Part shown: positions 13,075 through 26,819 of the stretch, piece by piece | How positions within the stretch are numbered: position 1 is the first letter of the stretch | Layout: the number at the start of each line of letters is the position of its first letter | DNA from: Octopus vulgaris | Taxonomy: Eukaryota | DNA length: 64,000 nt | Direction of reading: 5' to 3' | Assembly: GCA_951406725.2 (NCBI GenBank) | Contig: OX597824.1 | Span: forward strand, 56,978,001-57,042,000 | The notes under the pieces: generated by a model | Databases searched by the model: none | Told to the model about the DNA's origin: nothing | What the model saw: the letters and a program-made list of their open reading frames with translations, nothing else | Position numbers and translations under genes: made by a program

Positions 13075-13378
13075 TTTATATATTATATGCATATGTACGC
13101 AACATATATGTGTATGTATATATAAATATTTATGTATATGCAAGTGAATGAACGGGAGAGAGAGAGAGAGTGAGAGAGAGCGATAGAGAGATAGAGAAAG
13201 AGAGAGATAAAGAGAAACAGAGATATATAGAGAAACTATGTATTCTAATCGCAAGCCCTGTTCCTTCTTTTATAATGTCTTCGCTACGAATGCTTCTTTC
13301 TTACGTGACAATATAAAGAAAACCACCTCGTCAAATAACAACAACAACAACAACAACAACAATAACAACAACAACAAC

Positions 13379-13439
<61 letters not shown>

Positions 13440-14561
13440 TAACAAAACCCCAAAATGTAAAAATATATAAATTAGGCCAAAAATGTAAGAAAATAATTTG
13501 ACTCAGTTTGGGGAAAATTATATTAGTTCTTGAAAGAAAAGATTTATAGGAAAGGAGAACCAATGTGGGGTGGGTACATAAGGGACAGCGGAGCGATCAA
13601 GTGGTCACAAGAGGCCCCGAGGATGTATCGGAGTTGGAGGCGGAAGTTGAAGTCACTGGGATTCGAACAGATCAAGAATCGGCGGTTGCGAGAGAGGGAG
13701 AGGATGTGTGTGTGTGTGTGTGTGCGTGTGTATGTGTTTGTGTGTGTATGTGTTTGTGTGTGTATGTGTTTGTGTGTGTATGTGTGTGTGCGTGTGCGTG
13801 CGTGCAAAAGAAAGGGGAACAGAAAGGAAAAAAGAAGAATTGTATGATGGCGGTGGGTGTTTGTGTGATGCAACGATCTGAGTTTAAGTGAAGGACCATA
13901 TACATTAGGTTGTTTCATTCTGTTGTTAAATGGCCTTTCACGAGATGAGACAAGACGAGAAGAGACGAGATGACACAGAGAGCTGGCCTTCAACAATAGC
14001 AGTCTAATTTGTTTTCCCTGAAGTGCTATGTTGTAGTACACACTCACAGGCACACACACACGCGCTCACACACTTATGCACACATATTCGTATGTGTGCG
14101 TATATGTGTATGTGTGTGTGTCTCTCTCTCTTTCTCTCTCTGTATGTGTAGATGTATATACATGTGGGCACATAGATTGATGAAAAGTGAAAACATATAG
14201 AGACTAGGGGATAAACACGCATAAAGATATAAATACATGAACACACACCTACAAACATAATCACACATACACTCAGAAAGAAATACGCGAGGTTGCGCAC
14301 ACACGCACATATGCACAGATTTACAGAGTAAAATATGAATATATAAACAGATAGATAGACATAACATACAAATATTTCGACAGATAAATTTAAAGACACA
14401 AGATAGTTGAACAGAGAAAAAGACAGGTGAATAGACAGAAAGATTGAAGATAGATATATCGATTGATGATATATAGACAGATAGGATACTTAGGATTGAT
14501 AGATTCATAGACAAATAAAAGGACCAATAAGTGCGTGTATATATATATATATATATATACA

Positions 14562-15710
14562 CTGTGAAAATAATAAATTTTCATACCGGTGGCTAGCATG
14601 CGTAATAAAGTCAATAGACTACAAATTTTCATATATAATAGTGCACAAACAATCTACGTATTTATACACGAAAGAAGTGACCTTTAACAGGATAATTTAC
14701 ATGTTAGAAAGGGCAGTTAAAGCCCAAACCACGAATAAGAGCAATTTCAAAGGCAACTCGAGTTTCTGTATCAATCTGCAAAATAAATTAATTTGCCATC
14801 CGTACTTTTTCAGTGAGGGTGCTAAAATTAATGCATATTTATGCAGCATATAGCACCGAAAATACACGTGCCACATACTTATACATTATAATTTTCACAT
14901 CCACCTTTTAAGGTCACCTCTTTCGTGTATAAATTCGTAAATTGTTTGTACACTAATATTTATGAAAATATGTTGTCTATTGACTTTATTACACATGCTA
15001 GCCACCAGTATGAAATTTAAAAAAAAATGTTCTACCCTTATTATTTTCACAGCAAAAGTTTCGTAGTTTCGAAGCCTTTCTGGTATGTAGTTTAAATTTT
15101 TTATTATTATTTGCTACCGAATGTAACTGCGCTTGCGCTGTGGATTTGAAAATTATAATGTATAAGTATGTAGCACGTATATTTTCGGTGCTATTTGCTG
15201 CATAAAAGAAATGGTTGGTGGGAGAAGCAAACAACGCCCGCCAATTGTTACATTCTCGAAAACATTGTTTTTTTTTAGAAAACAAAACAAAATGAGGAAT
15301 TAAAGCTCTTGCCTCAGTTCAATAATAATTGACGTAATCGTCTTTACAAATTGAGGCGCTGAGCCTCTTACCAAGGAATACAAACAATATAAACAATAAA
15401 AATTGAGGCACTTATCCTTTCTCCCCGACCAGGCCATATGCCTCCTGCAGGCAATCCTGTAGCTCCAGGCCGGTGCGCCAAAAGGCAAACCTATACTGGT
15501 TAATGCATTAATTTTAGCGCCCTCACTGAAGAAGTACGGATGGCAAATTAATTCATTTTGCACATTGATACAGAAACTCGAGTTTTAGCTACTAAAGTAT
15601 TTTTTATTTTCATTGCCTTTGAAATTGGTCTTATTCGTGGTTTGAGCTTTAACTGGCCTTTCTAGCATGTATATACGTGTATAAATACGTAAATTGTTTG
15701 TAAACTATTA
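14562..15710. mobile_element. Scrambled multi-inversion PLE-terminus module with two HHR-like copies
   Basis: At least five interleaved inverted segment pairs; plus-strand CUGAAGA...GAAA-CUCGAG-UU at 15526-15584, with an inverted copy at 14756-14815. Confidence 0.7.
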
Positions 15711-15719
15711 TATATATAG

Positions 15720-15764
<45 letters not shown>

Positions 15765-15789
15765 TGTGTGTGTCTGTGTATGTGTGTCT

Positions 15790-15995
15790 GTGTGTCTGTG
15801 TGTGTTTGTGTTTGCACCCTCGCCATCGCTTGACAACCGATGTTGGTGTGCTTATATACCCATAAATTATCAGTTTGGCAAAAGAGACCGATATAATAAG
15901 TTTACAAAGAATAAGTCTTGGGGTTGATTCCTTCAACTGAAAAAAATCTCTTTAAGGTGGTGCTCCATCATAGAACAAGTAAAAGAATAAAAGAA
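15790..15995 (+). mobile_element. SINE family B, 3' half
   Basis: GCTTGACAACCGATG...GGCAAAAGAGACCGAT...AACAAGTAAAAGA. Confidence 0.75.
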
Positions 15996-16000
15996 ATAGA

Positions 16001-16069
<69 letters not shown>

Positions 16070-17930
16070 GTGGTGCTATTAAGTTAGACATGGCCTGGAC
16101 CAATCTCTGGTCGAAACATATCTAAGTTTTATCTAAGTTTTATATATATATTTATATTGAAACAACTTTTGCTCGTACATAAAGGAATTGATAGAGACAC
16201 ATATATACAATACCAACAACAGCCATTCTCATCACCTTTACTTCGCATGGTCGTTTACAAAATCACTATCAACAGCAACCATGAGTACTATCATAATAAC
16301 CAAACTAACAAGTGCCACCACCACTACCATCACCACTGCCATCACCGTCACCACCATATCACCAAACATGACCCATCCTGATCATGATCATCATCCTGAT
16401 CATGATCATCATCCTAACTAAGCCTCGTCCTTTCCCTCCTTGAGATGACCTCCCTATCCCATCCACTTCAACTTCCCACCGTCCCAATTTTTCAAGCGCT
16501 GAACAATTCCATTTGTTTTCACTCTGGCTGTGTTTGGAGCTGCAACCAATCGTTTTGTTGTACCAGCAATCGAGAATTGTCTGTTTCCTCCACTTTTTTT
16601 GTATTTCTTATTTGGGAAATAAGTACTGATATGGTTAGAACTGTCACATATGCATTAGTTAGATTTTCTGCTCTGCTAATCGTCCAGGTTATAGAATAAA
16701 TGTCCGAGAATACCCGGAGGTGTCCAGGGATCAGCACCAATGAGTGGGTCCCATCATCTCATGGGCAGGTGTGTAACTTACACGGGCTGTAAAGCCTTCT
16801 AGAACCATCTTTAGCATTTCTTTCTCGACGCTCTGCCTCTATTAAACATCAACAAGGGCGTCGTCCTATTGTCCTTCAAGTGGGCATATAAATTTTCGTG
16901 TCCATGTTTTCAAAAGCAGAGTTATGCTACTTTTCTCCGTAATCTTCCCTTGGTAAATTCTTCGAGCAAGAAGGCAATTATTTTGTGAATATCTCTTTTA
17001 TATTCCTTTTATATTTACCACGAATCTCACCTAATGCAATTTTATGTTTTGTAACACATCCAAAAGATGAGTTACTGTTATTATATGTGAGGTTTATATC
17101 GTCATCGTTTGAATTTTATTTCCGTAACGTTATTCTTTTGTGTATCACAAATTGTAACCGTTTGTACTTCTGTCTCTATTTAATTCTATTTTTTGTCCTG
17201 CGTTATTTTGTACGGTTGTCATATTCACTGCTACGATTCCTGTGATTAGCACCTCCTCCTGCTACTAAGAGAGGTGGCCGTATCCAACCATACTAAACAA
17301 AGTAAAATGGATGTTTGTGTAAAAATGTATATACACAATAAAATGGTTAAGGATAAACCGTTTTTGCCAACTAAGGTTATAGAAGGATGTTTAAATATTC
17401 CGAAACTCTTTGTGGGTGAATGAAAATATAAATAAACATAAAATTTTCCCCATCAAGTAATACTGCAGAGAATCATTTGCTGAGCTGAGTTGTGTAAACG
17501 CGTACATCCATGGCTAGTAACAACTATAACAACATCACCACCACCACCACCACCTCCTCCACCACCACCATCATCAACATCAACAACAACAATAATCACA
17601 GCAACAACAACAACAGTATTTATATTGCTAATAATGATGGTGGCGGTGATATTGATGTTGATGATGATAATGATGGTAATAATAAAGAAAGGATAATGAC
17701 AATAATAATGACGGTCATGATGTCAAGAGAAATATAACAATGAAATAAACCGCTGAAGGAAATGAGCATCGGTCATATTGTACAGGCAATTTACACGCTA
17801 TTGTTAATTAATGCGCTATTAGCGGTCTTTTACACTGGCGTCTGCGTCTGAATGAATACCCTAAAGGGCAGTAAAACATGGGACACTGAATTGAAGCAGA
17901 AAAATAAATAAATAAATGAATAAATGAATA

Positions 17931-18003
<73 letters not shown>

Positions 18004-18025
18004 TTGTTATTATTATTATTATTAC

Positions 18026-18095
<70 letters not shown>

Positions 18096-18202
18096 GCTAT
18101 GAGGGTGATGAGGGAGGAGATATTACTGGAACAGTAGTTGTGAAGGCTAATAATAATAATGATAGTAACAACAACAACAACAACAATAATAATAATAATG
18201 AT

Positions 18203-18368
18203 AGGCGCAGGCGTGGCTGTGTGGTAAGAAGCTTGCTTCCCAACCACAAGGTTCCGGGTTCAGTCTCACTGCGTGGCACCTTGGGCAAGTGTCTTCTACT
18301 GTAGCTTCGGATTGACCAAAGCCTTATCAGTGGATTTGGTAGACGAAAACTGAAAATAGCCTGTCGTA
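18203..18368 (+). mobile_element. SINE family B (tRNA head plus CORE-like domain), 5' half
   Basis: GGCGCAGGCGTGGCTGTGTGGTAAG A-box, GGTTCAGTC B-box, CCTTGGGCAAGTGTCTT CORE-like; followed by the internal (TA)n. Confidence 0.85.
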
Positions 18369-18372
18369 TATA

Positions 18373-18429
<57 letters not shown>

Positions 18430-18698
18430 CGGGAAGCTTTATGAAAATAGACAAAAGACGAAGGCAGTTTTACGGAAATAAACAAAAGACGAAGGCAGGT
18501 GGAATACAAACAAATAATTGTATTAGTATGGCGCTCAGGAAATATAAATAAAACAAGTCTTTAACGTTTCGAGCCTACGCTCTTCAACAGAAAGATACAC
18601 AGAGAAAAAAACACAGAAAGAAGGAGAGAACAAAAAATATGCGTGCAGAGGCTAGCGAATCAACATGGCGATCTAATTTCGGCCAGAAGTCAAAGATC
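18430..18698 (-). mobile_element. PLE terminal fragment with HHR-like motif
   Basis: Minus CTGTTGAAGAGCGTAGGCTCGAAACGTTAAAGAC; homologous to 9578-9752. Confidence 0.6.
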
Positions 18699-19234
18699 AA
18701 ACGTGAGACGCAAGAGCGAAATTAAGGGAGATAATAGGGTTAAATGACCTCGCTCCAACATAAGAGTGTGTGTGTGTGTGTGTGTGTATGAGAAGAGTGT
18801 GTGTGTGTGTATGAGAGAGTATTAGTGCGTATGAGAGGTCTGGACGTGTGTATGTATATATGATGTGATGTGTAAAGTCGTATGGTGTAGTGTAGAGAGA
18901 GGAGATGAGGGAAGAGGGGGAGGTAAGGGGGTATATATACATATATATATATGTATATATATATGAATATATATATATATATATATTCATATATATATAC
19001 ATATATATATATATACCCCCTTACCTCCCTCTTCCCTCATCTCCTGTCTCTACACTACACCATACGACTTTACACATCACATCATATATACATACACACG
19101 TCCAGACCTCTCATACGCACTAATACTCTCTCATACACACACACACACTCTTCTCATACACACACACATACTCTTATGTTGGAGCGAGATCATTTAACCC
19201 TATTATCTCCCCTAATGTCGCTCTTGCGTCTCAC

Positions 19235-19238
<4 letters not shown>
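18699..19238. repeat. About 540-bp palindrome centred on (TA)n
   Basis: AAACGTGAGACGCAAGAGCG...GGGGTAT is mirrored by ATACCCC...CGCTCTTGCGTCTCACGTTT; centre TGAA(TA)nTTCA at ~18964-18989. Confidence 0.9.
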
Positions 19239-19290
<52 letters not shown>

Positions 19291-19291
<1 letters not shown>

Positions 19292-19512
19292 AATAAATGA
19301 AAGACTGGAGTTGAACAACGAATTAACAAAATTCCTTTATTTTCGACATATGTTTCGAAGGCTGCATATTCCTAATTTCGAAGGAATAAGGGGTGCATTA
19401 TGCCGCCTTCTCATAAGGAAAAACAAGGAACTTATGTCAGTATCAAGATGCACAAAAACTTTTAGATGACTGCCCACACGGAGCCCATAGCGATAATCAC
19501 GGAGCCCATAGC
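19291..19512 (-). mobile_element. PLE terminus with HHR (core mutated), same family as the 59.3 kb terminus
   Basis: Minus 19340-19422: UUUUC-CUUAUGA-GAAGGCGGCAUA...UAUGCAGCCUUC-GAAA-CAUAUG-UC-GAAAA. Confidence 0.75.
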
Positions 19513-19530
19513 GATATATATATATATATA

Positions 19531-20066
<536 letters not shown>

Positions 20067-20084
20067 GTTTGTATGCATGTATTT

Positions 20085-20280
20085 GTGTGTCTGTGTTTGT
20101 CCCCACCACCATCGCTTCACAACCGATGTTGGTGTATTTAGGTCCCCGTAACTTAGCTGTTTGGCAAAAGAGACTGATGGTATAAGTACTAGACTTACTA
20201 AGAATAAGTCCCGGGGTTCATTTGTTCGACTAAAGACTGCTCCAGTATGGCCACAGTCAAATGACTGAAAAAATAAAAGA

Positions 20281-20281
<1 letters not shown>
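20085..20281 (+). mobile_element. SINE family B, 3' half
   Basis: TGTTTGTCCCC...ACAACCGATG...CAGTCAAATGACTGAAA. Confidence 0.8.
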
Positions 20282-20340
<59 letters not shown>

Positions 20341-20767
20341 TAATAATAATAATAATCATTACCATCATCTTAACTATGTGTATTATATTTTAGTGACTAA
20401 ACAACAGAATGTCATGGCTGAGGGTTTGTTGACGATGAGGGGCGATTTATTTTCTCCGAGATTGGAGTTCAGAAGTTACACTCCCTGACAAAGCATCAAT
20501 TATGAAGATATTAAAACGCGACAGTGATGTTGTTTTTTCTTTATGTTTTTGTTTAGACTTTTTGTTTATGTATTATTATGTTTATTTATTATTATTTTGG
20601 TCTCTAGTCCAGAAATAAAAGAAATTGGCGTTCGATCGTTTCTAAATAATAATAATAATAATACTAATAAGCAATGATACATCTCTGAACGAGATGTAAA
20701 CAGTAACCGCTCGACAACGTAAAGTATACAAGCCATCTCAACATGGCTAACCACTAAGGGTGGGTGT

Positions 20768-20856
<89 letters not shown>

Positions 20857-20874
20857 ATAATAATAATAATAATA

Positions 20875-22262
20875 CTCCTTTGTATTAGAGGCACAAGGCC
20901 TGTTTTTTGGGGGTTTAAGTCAATTACATAAACCCCAGTGCTCAACTGGACTTTATTTTATCGATCCCGAAAGGATGAAAGGCAAAGTCGAAGAGACGGA
21001 CGAAATACTGCTAGGTATTTATCCCGACGCGGTAGCGACTCTGTCAGCTCGCGAATAACGATAATAACAATACTAGTAATAATAAACACCAGGACTTACG
21101 AATGCATATATCAAGCAGAAAATAGAACTACTAGGCACCACACATATCCTACGTAAAGCACTTTCAATACAGTGAAAATAAGAGTACCACAACAAACCAC
21201 AGCACATACTCAAGGCACTCACAGCTACGCTCGGTAGTGCAGTGAAAGCACGTGATTAAAATAAGACTACTGAATAATAATAACAGCAATAATAATGATT
21301 TAATATTTTGACACAAGGCCAGCAAGTACGGAGGATGGGTAAGTCGGTTACATCGACTCCAGTACTCAACTAGCACTTATTTTATTGACCCCGAAAAGAG
21401 GAAAGGCAAAGTCAACCTCGGCGGAATTTGAACTCAGAACATGGAGACGGGTGAAATGCCGCTAAGCATTTTGTCTGGCGCATTAACGATTCTACCAGCT
21501 CACTGCCTTAATAACAACAACAACAAGTAAAAGAATAAGAATATCTTCCTCAAACTTTGGCACAAGCCCATCAGTTTTTGGAGAAGAGTGTTAGTCGATT
21601 ATATCGATCCAAGTATATTATCAACCGTGGAGGCGCGTGGCTTAGTGGTTAGTGTCAGCATCATGATCGTAGGATTTGTGGTTTCGATTCCTGGACAAGG
21701 CGACGCGTTGTGTTCTTGGGTAAAACACTTCATTTCACGTTGCTCCAGTCCACTCAGCTGGCAAAAAGGAGTAACGCTGCGATGGACTGGCGTCCCGTCC
21801 AGCTGGGGAACACATACGCCATAGAAACAAGGAAACCGGGCGCATGAGCCTGGCTGGGCTTTAAAAGGGCGCATTTATTTTATTTTATATTATCAACCCT
21901 GAAGGAATGAAAGGCTAATTTGGCTATGGCGATATCTGAACTCATAATGTAGAAAGCTAATAGAAATAACCCATGGCACTTTGTTCGATGCGCTAACGAT
22001 TCGTCAAAATGAAGAGGACGTTAGGAATTTCTTTACTTGTCCATTAAATTGAAGGCTATACAAGGACAATGCAAATACTAAACAAATTAAGCAAGGAAAT
22101 AGAAACAAAATGAGAGAGAAATGAGAATATATATTCTTTTCTACTCTTGGCTCACGGCCCGAAATTTTTTAGATCGACCCCAGTACGTAATTGGTAATTA
22201 ATTTATCGAACCCGAAAAGATGAAAGGTAGAGTCAACCTCGGCGGAGTTTGAATTCAGAACA
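20875..22262 (-). mobile_element. Cluster of SINE family A copies
   Basis: Copies at ~20875-21055, 21296-21509, 21550-22000 (interrupted) and 22140-22262; shared GAAAGGCAAAGTC..CCTCGGCGGAATTTGAACTCAGAA. Confidence 0.8.
21627..21885 (+). mobile_element. tRNA-derived SINE family C inserted in a family A copy
   Basis: A-box TGGCTTAGTGG, B-box GTTTCGATTCC, CORE-like CTTGGGTAAAACACTT, GCGATGGACTGGCGTCCCGTCCAG; perfect 13-bp TSD TATATTATCAACC (21614-21626, 21886-21898). Confidence 0.85.
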
Positions 22263-22441
22263 CGTAAATAGAAATGAAAATATAGATTAACATATATTTT
22301 AACATTCATTTTTTAAATGTCTTGCTTTGAAAAACTGCATTGGGTATGATTAGAGAAATTTTTGGTAGTAATGACTTATGTCCCTCTTAGTGTGAGGCAT
22401 TTATGTGTAATAATGCCCTCTATATAATATAAATATAGATT

Positions 22442-22502
<61 letters not shown>

Positions 22503-22584
22503 GTATATGCAAAAACACACGCATCTATTATACGCAAATGAGTCAATATTAAATTAAAATAACCATCTATCATCTATATATTAT

Positions 22585-22634
<50 letters not shown>

Positions 22635-22690
22635 TATTTATATTTATATATATATATGTGTGTGTGTATGTATGTATATATATATATATA

Positions 22691-23733
22691 CAGGGGTTGG
22701 ACAAAATAACGGAAACATCTAACATCATAGCATCATAATTTTGAAATATCTATAAAACCGTCAAATGCTTGTTTATTTTTATGTTTTGTGATTTAATATT
22801 AGTGTTGCTAAATATATTTTGCTAAAATTGCTGTTTCTTTTCAGATACCATCAGAATAAGGTAATTAAAATTCATTAAAATGAGAAATCTATCGGACTTT
22901 CAAAGAGTTCAAATTGTTGGTGCTCTTATGACAGGCACTAGCGTAACGAAAACAGCTGAAATGTTTGGTGTATCAAGAAGTACTGCCTCCAAAGTAATGA
23001 CAGCCTTTGAGAAAGAGGGAAAAACCTCTTCGTCAAAAACAAACGTTGCAAAGCGTTTAGAGTGGAGTAAAAGCCTACAGAATTGGTCCCTAGAGCAGTG
23101 GAAGAATGTTATTTTCTCGGACGAGTTATCCTTTACTTTATTTCCAACCACCGGCCGCGTATACGTGTGAAGACAGCCTAAAGAAGCATTTGACCCAGAC
23201 TGTCTTCTTCCAACTGTTAAACATGGAAGGGGATCTGTGATGATCTGGAGACTAAATCTTGGAAATCCGCCGGCCCAATGATTTCCCTTCATGGCGGAAT
23301 TAATAGTCAAGACTATTTAAGCATTTTATCAGATCAAATCCATCGTATGGTTGCGGAACTGTTTCCGGAGGAAAACACAATCTTTCAGGATGGTAATGCA
23401 CCAATTCACACAGCTAAATTTGTAACTGAATGGCACGAGGAATATTCTAGTGGAGTTGAACATCTTATCCGGCCACCACAGTCCCCAGATCTCAATATCA
23501 TTGAATATTTATGCTGCAATTTAGAAAAACAAGTAAGGAGTCGATATCCTCTACCATCATCACTACAAGAACTGGAAACTGTTTTAGCTGAAGAATGGAA
23601 AAAATTCAAACTTTGTACGAGTCCATACCTCTGAGAATTCAAGCTGTAATTACTGCCAAAGGTGGTTCTACACCATATTAAAATTAATTTGTTTGAAATT
23701 TTAAGATGTTTCCATTATTTTGTCCAACCCCGG
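22691..23733 (+). mobile_element. Tc1-family DNA transposon (DD36E spacing), internally deleted, defective
   Basis: 30-bp TIRs CAGGGGTTGGACAAAATAA(C/T)GGAAACATCT with TA flanks; ORF pieces 22880-23170 and 23278-23634 with VIFSDE, FQDGNAPIH, PQSPDLNIIE. Confidence 0.92.
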
Positions 23734-23963
23734 TATATATATATATATACAGTCAAAAATTGTGAAGCATGACTGTCACCACTACTACATGAACCCGAAG
23801 ATTGCAGAATTTAATGCATGAAAGTACTAGTTCAATCAGAATGAACATTTAACATTCTACTATTTCATTTTATTTTATTCTATTATAATATATTATCTTA
23901 TAATATATCATTATAAGATTGTAAATAAAACGTGAAAATCAGACAAGGTTGGAATTCCTTTTA

Positions 23964-24020
<57 letters not shown>

Positions 24021-24133
24021 TGTTGATAGGCCGGTTTCTGTGGAATTCGTTCCGAGATAACATTTCTTAAGAACGTGCTCTGTTAAAAATGCCATAAATT
24101 TCGGAGATGACAAAAAATTTACGCACGCGGGTG

Positions 24134-24172
<39 letters not shown>

Positions 24173-24174
<2 letters not shown>

Positions 24175-24542
24175 CGTGACTGTATTAGTAAGGGGCATGC
24201 TTCCCGACTACATGCATTGGGGTTCAGTCCTTCTGCGTGACACCTTGGGCAAGTGTTTTCTACTATAGCCTCAGCTGACCAAAGCCTTATAAGTGGATTT
24301 GGTAGAAGGAAACTGAAAGAAGCCCATCGTATATATATGTATATATTTATGTATGTCATTGTGTCTGTGCTTTCGCCAAACCATTGCTTGACAACTGATC
24401 TTGATGAGTCTACGTTCCCGTAACTTAGCTATTCAGCAAAATAGACCGATAGAATAAGTACTAGGCTTTCAAAGAATAAGTATTGGGATCGACTTCGACT
24501 AATTAAACCTTTCAGGCGGTGTTCAGTATGGCTGCAGTGATA

Positions 24543-24546
<4 letters not shown>
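24173..24546 (+). mobile_element. SINE family B, diverged
   Basis: CACCTTGGGCAAGTG...GGAAACTGAAAGAAGCCC...GACCGATAGAATAAGTACTAGGC. Confidence 0.8.
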
Positions 24547-24601
<55 letters not shown>

Positions 24602-24636
24602 TTGAGTACCTTATTTACTGTGGTTAACCCCGACTC

Positions 24637-25103
24637 AATATTCTCCGCTTGCATGGACAAACAACAATTCATAATTCGAAGTTTCAGCATGACTCTTCAT
24701 TCACATCCTCAACCTGGGAAAATATATTTATATATTTTTTATCTTTTTACTTGTTTCAATCATTAGACTGTGATCAGGCGGAGACACTGCCATGAAGAAT
24801 TTTTAGTCGACTGAATCAACCCCACTACTTTTCAAAGACTGGTACTTATTCTGGCGAACTACTTTGCCAAACTGCTAACTTACGGGTAAAGACACTAACA
24901 TCGATTGTCAAGCGGTGGTGGAGAGACAAACACAGATACAAAGACACACACACACACACTCACGTAGATATATATATATATATAGATAGATAGATAGATA
25001 TATAAGACCGATAGAATAAGTACTAGGCTTTCAAAGAATAAGTATTGGGGTCGACTTCGACTAATTAAACCTTTCAGGCGGTGCTGGTATGGCTGCAGTG
25101 ATA

Positions 25104-25167
<64 letters not shown>

Positions 25168-25251
25168 TAAACTGGCAAAATGACCATTCCGAAATACAAC
25201 AATATATATATATATATTGTTGTATTTCGGAATGGTCATTTTGCCAGTTTA

Positions 25252-25297
<46 letters not shown>

Positions 25298-25403
25298 TAT
25301 CACTGCAGCCATACTGAGCACCGCCTGAAAGGTTTAATTAGTCGAAGTCGACCCCAATACTTATTCTTTGAAAGCCTAGTACTTATTCTATCGGTCTTTT
25401 ATA

Positions 25404-25478
<75 letters not shown>

Positions 25479-25801
25479 ATATATATATATATATATCTAC
25501 GTGAGTGTGTGTGTGTGTCTTTGTATCTGTGTTTGTCTCTCCACCACCGCTTGACAACCGATGTTAGTGTCTTTACCCGTAAGTTAGCAGTTTGGCAAAG
25601 TAGTTCTAGTGGGGTTGATTCAGTCGACTAAAAATTCTTCATGGCAGTGTCTCCGCCTGATCACAGTCTAATGATTGAAACAAGTAAAAAGATAAAAAAA
25701 TATATATAAATATATTTTCCCAGGTTGAGGATGTGAATGAAGAGTCATGCTTGAAACTTCGAATTATGAATTGTTGTTTGTCCATGCAAGCGGAGAATAT
25801 T
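24637..25801. repeat. About 1.17-kb palindrome centred on (TA)n
   Basis: AATATTCTCCGCTTGCATGG...ATACAACAA(TA)nTTGTTGTAT...CCATGCAAGCGGAGAATATT; centre ~25209. Confidence 0.92.
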
Positions 25802-26050
25802 TCTTCACTAATATACAAATTGTTCACTGTCAATGCTATGATATTTGATTTTTCTGTAATACAGAGGTCGCATTTGCTGCCCCGTCCCATATTGCATAGC
25901 TATTACATAGGGGTTGTCTACGCTCCTCTCTTTATACCATGTTGTATAAAGATGTATGTCAGTGAACGAACCTATTCCGATAAGTTATTTTCCCCACGAG
26001 CTGTGTATTTATTTTGAAATCCCGCATGGTTTCGCGTAACTCCATGTATT
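25735..26050 (-). mobile_element. PLE GIY-YIG C-terminal remnant
   Basis: GSKCDLCITEKSNII...EIFSACMDKQQF parallels CNICNSELFHI...KCKHWQKH in the 58.7-59.0 kb element. Confidence 0.55.
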
Positions 26051-26236
26051 TTCATTCAAAATGGAAATGAGGACCAGTATTCCAGAGTGAAACACTTGAA
26101 TAATTGTGGAGATCTTTTTCCCATGGAGCCACTGACCGCTTTGTTAAACATCAAAAAGTTACACACAGACACACATGCACGCACACGCACACACACATGC
26201 ATATATGCAATTATATAGATATATGTATATTTGTTG

Positions 26237-26282
<46 letters not shown>

Positions 26283-26763
26283 GTATGTATATGTATATAT
26301 GAGTGTGTGTGTGTGTGCGTTGGTATATATCTGTGTGCGCGTGTTTGCCAGAGTATGGTATATTACATATATATATGAGATACTTAATGCGTATATCCAC
26401 ATTCACACACAGACTTACATATATACTAACTCAGACCAATATATATATTATAACCTAGTGGAGAGGCGGCGCTCCATATACGTGCATTAATATGATTCGA
26501 ATAGTTTGGTCTAATTAATCAAAAAAAATTTATTTTCATGACGGTACTTGGTCATTAACTCGGATTTTCTGAATAGAATGCAGAAGTTCCTCCGTCGATG
26601 AATCTGTTGTCCTTCATGCGATTAACCACGAAATTTAAAAATTTGTGTGAGACACTTTTTTGTTGTGCTGGGTAGCTTGTTAGAGACCTTGTGTCTATTT
26701 TACTTGCTGATTTAAAGATGGCTGTTTGTTTTACGAAATGGCTCTTAAAGATGTATGTATGTA

Positions 26764-26819
<56 letters not shown>

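Noticed and set aside
13600-13700. tRNA gene suggested by minus-strand GTTCGAATCCC
   Set aside because: No A-box or cloverleaf found. SINE heads elsewhere are likewise tRNA-derived rather than tRNA genes.
26540-26610. Additional HHR-like motif on the minus strand
   Set aside because: Core too degenerate to support.
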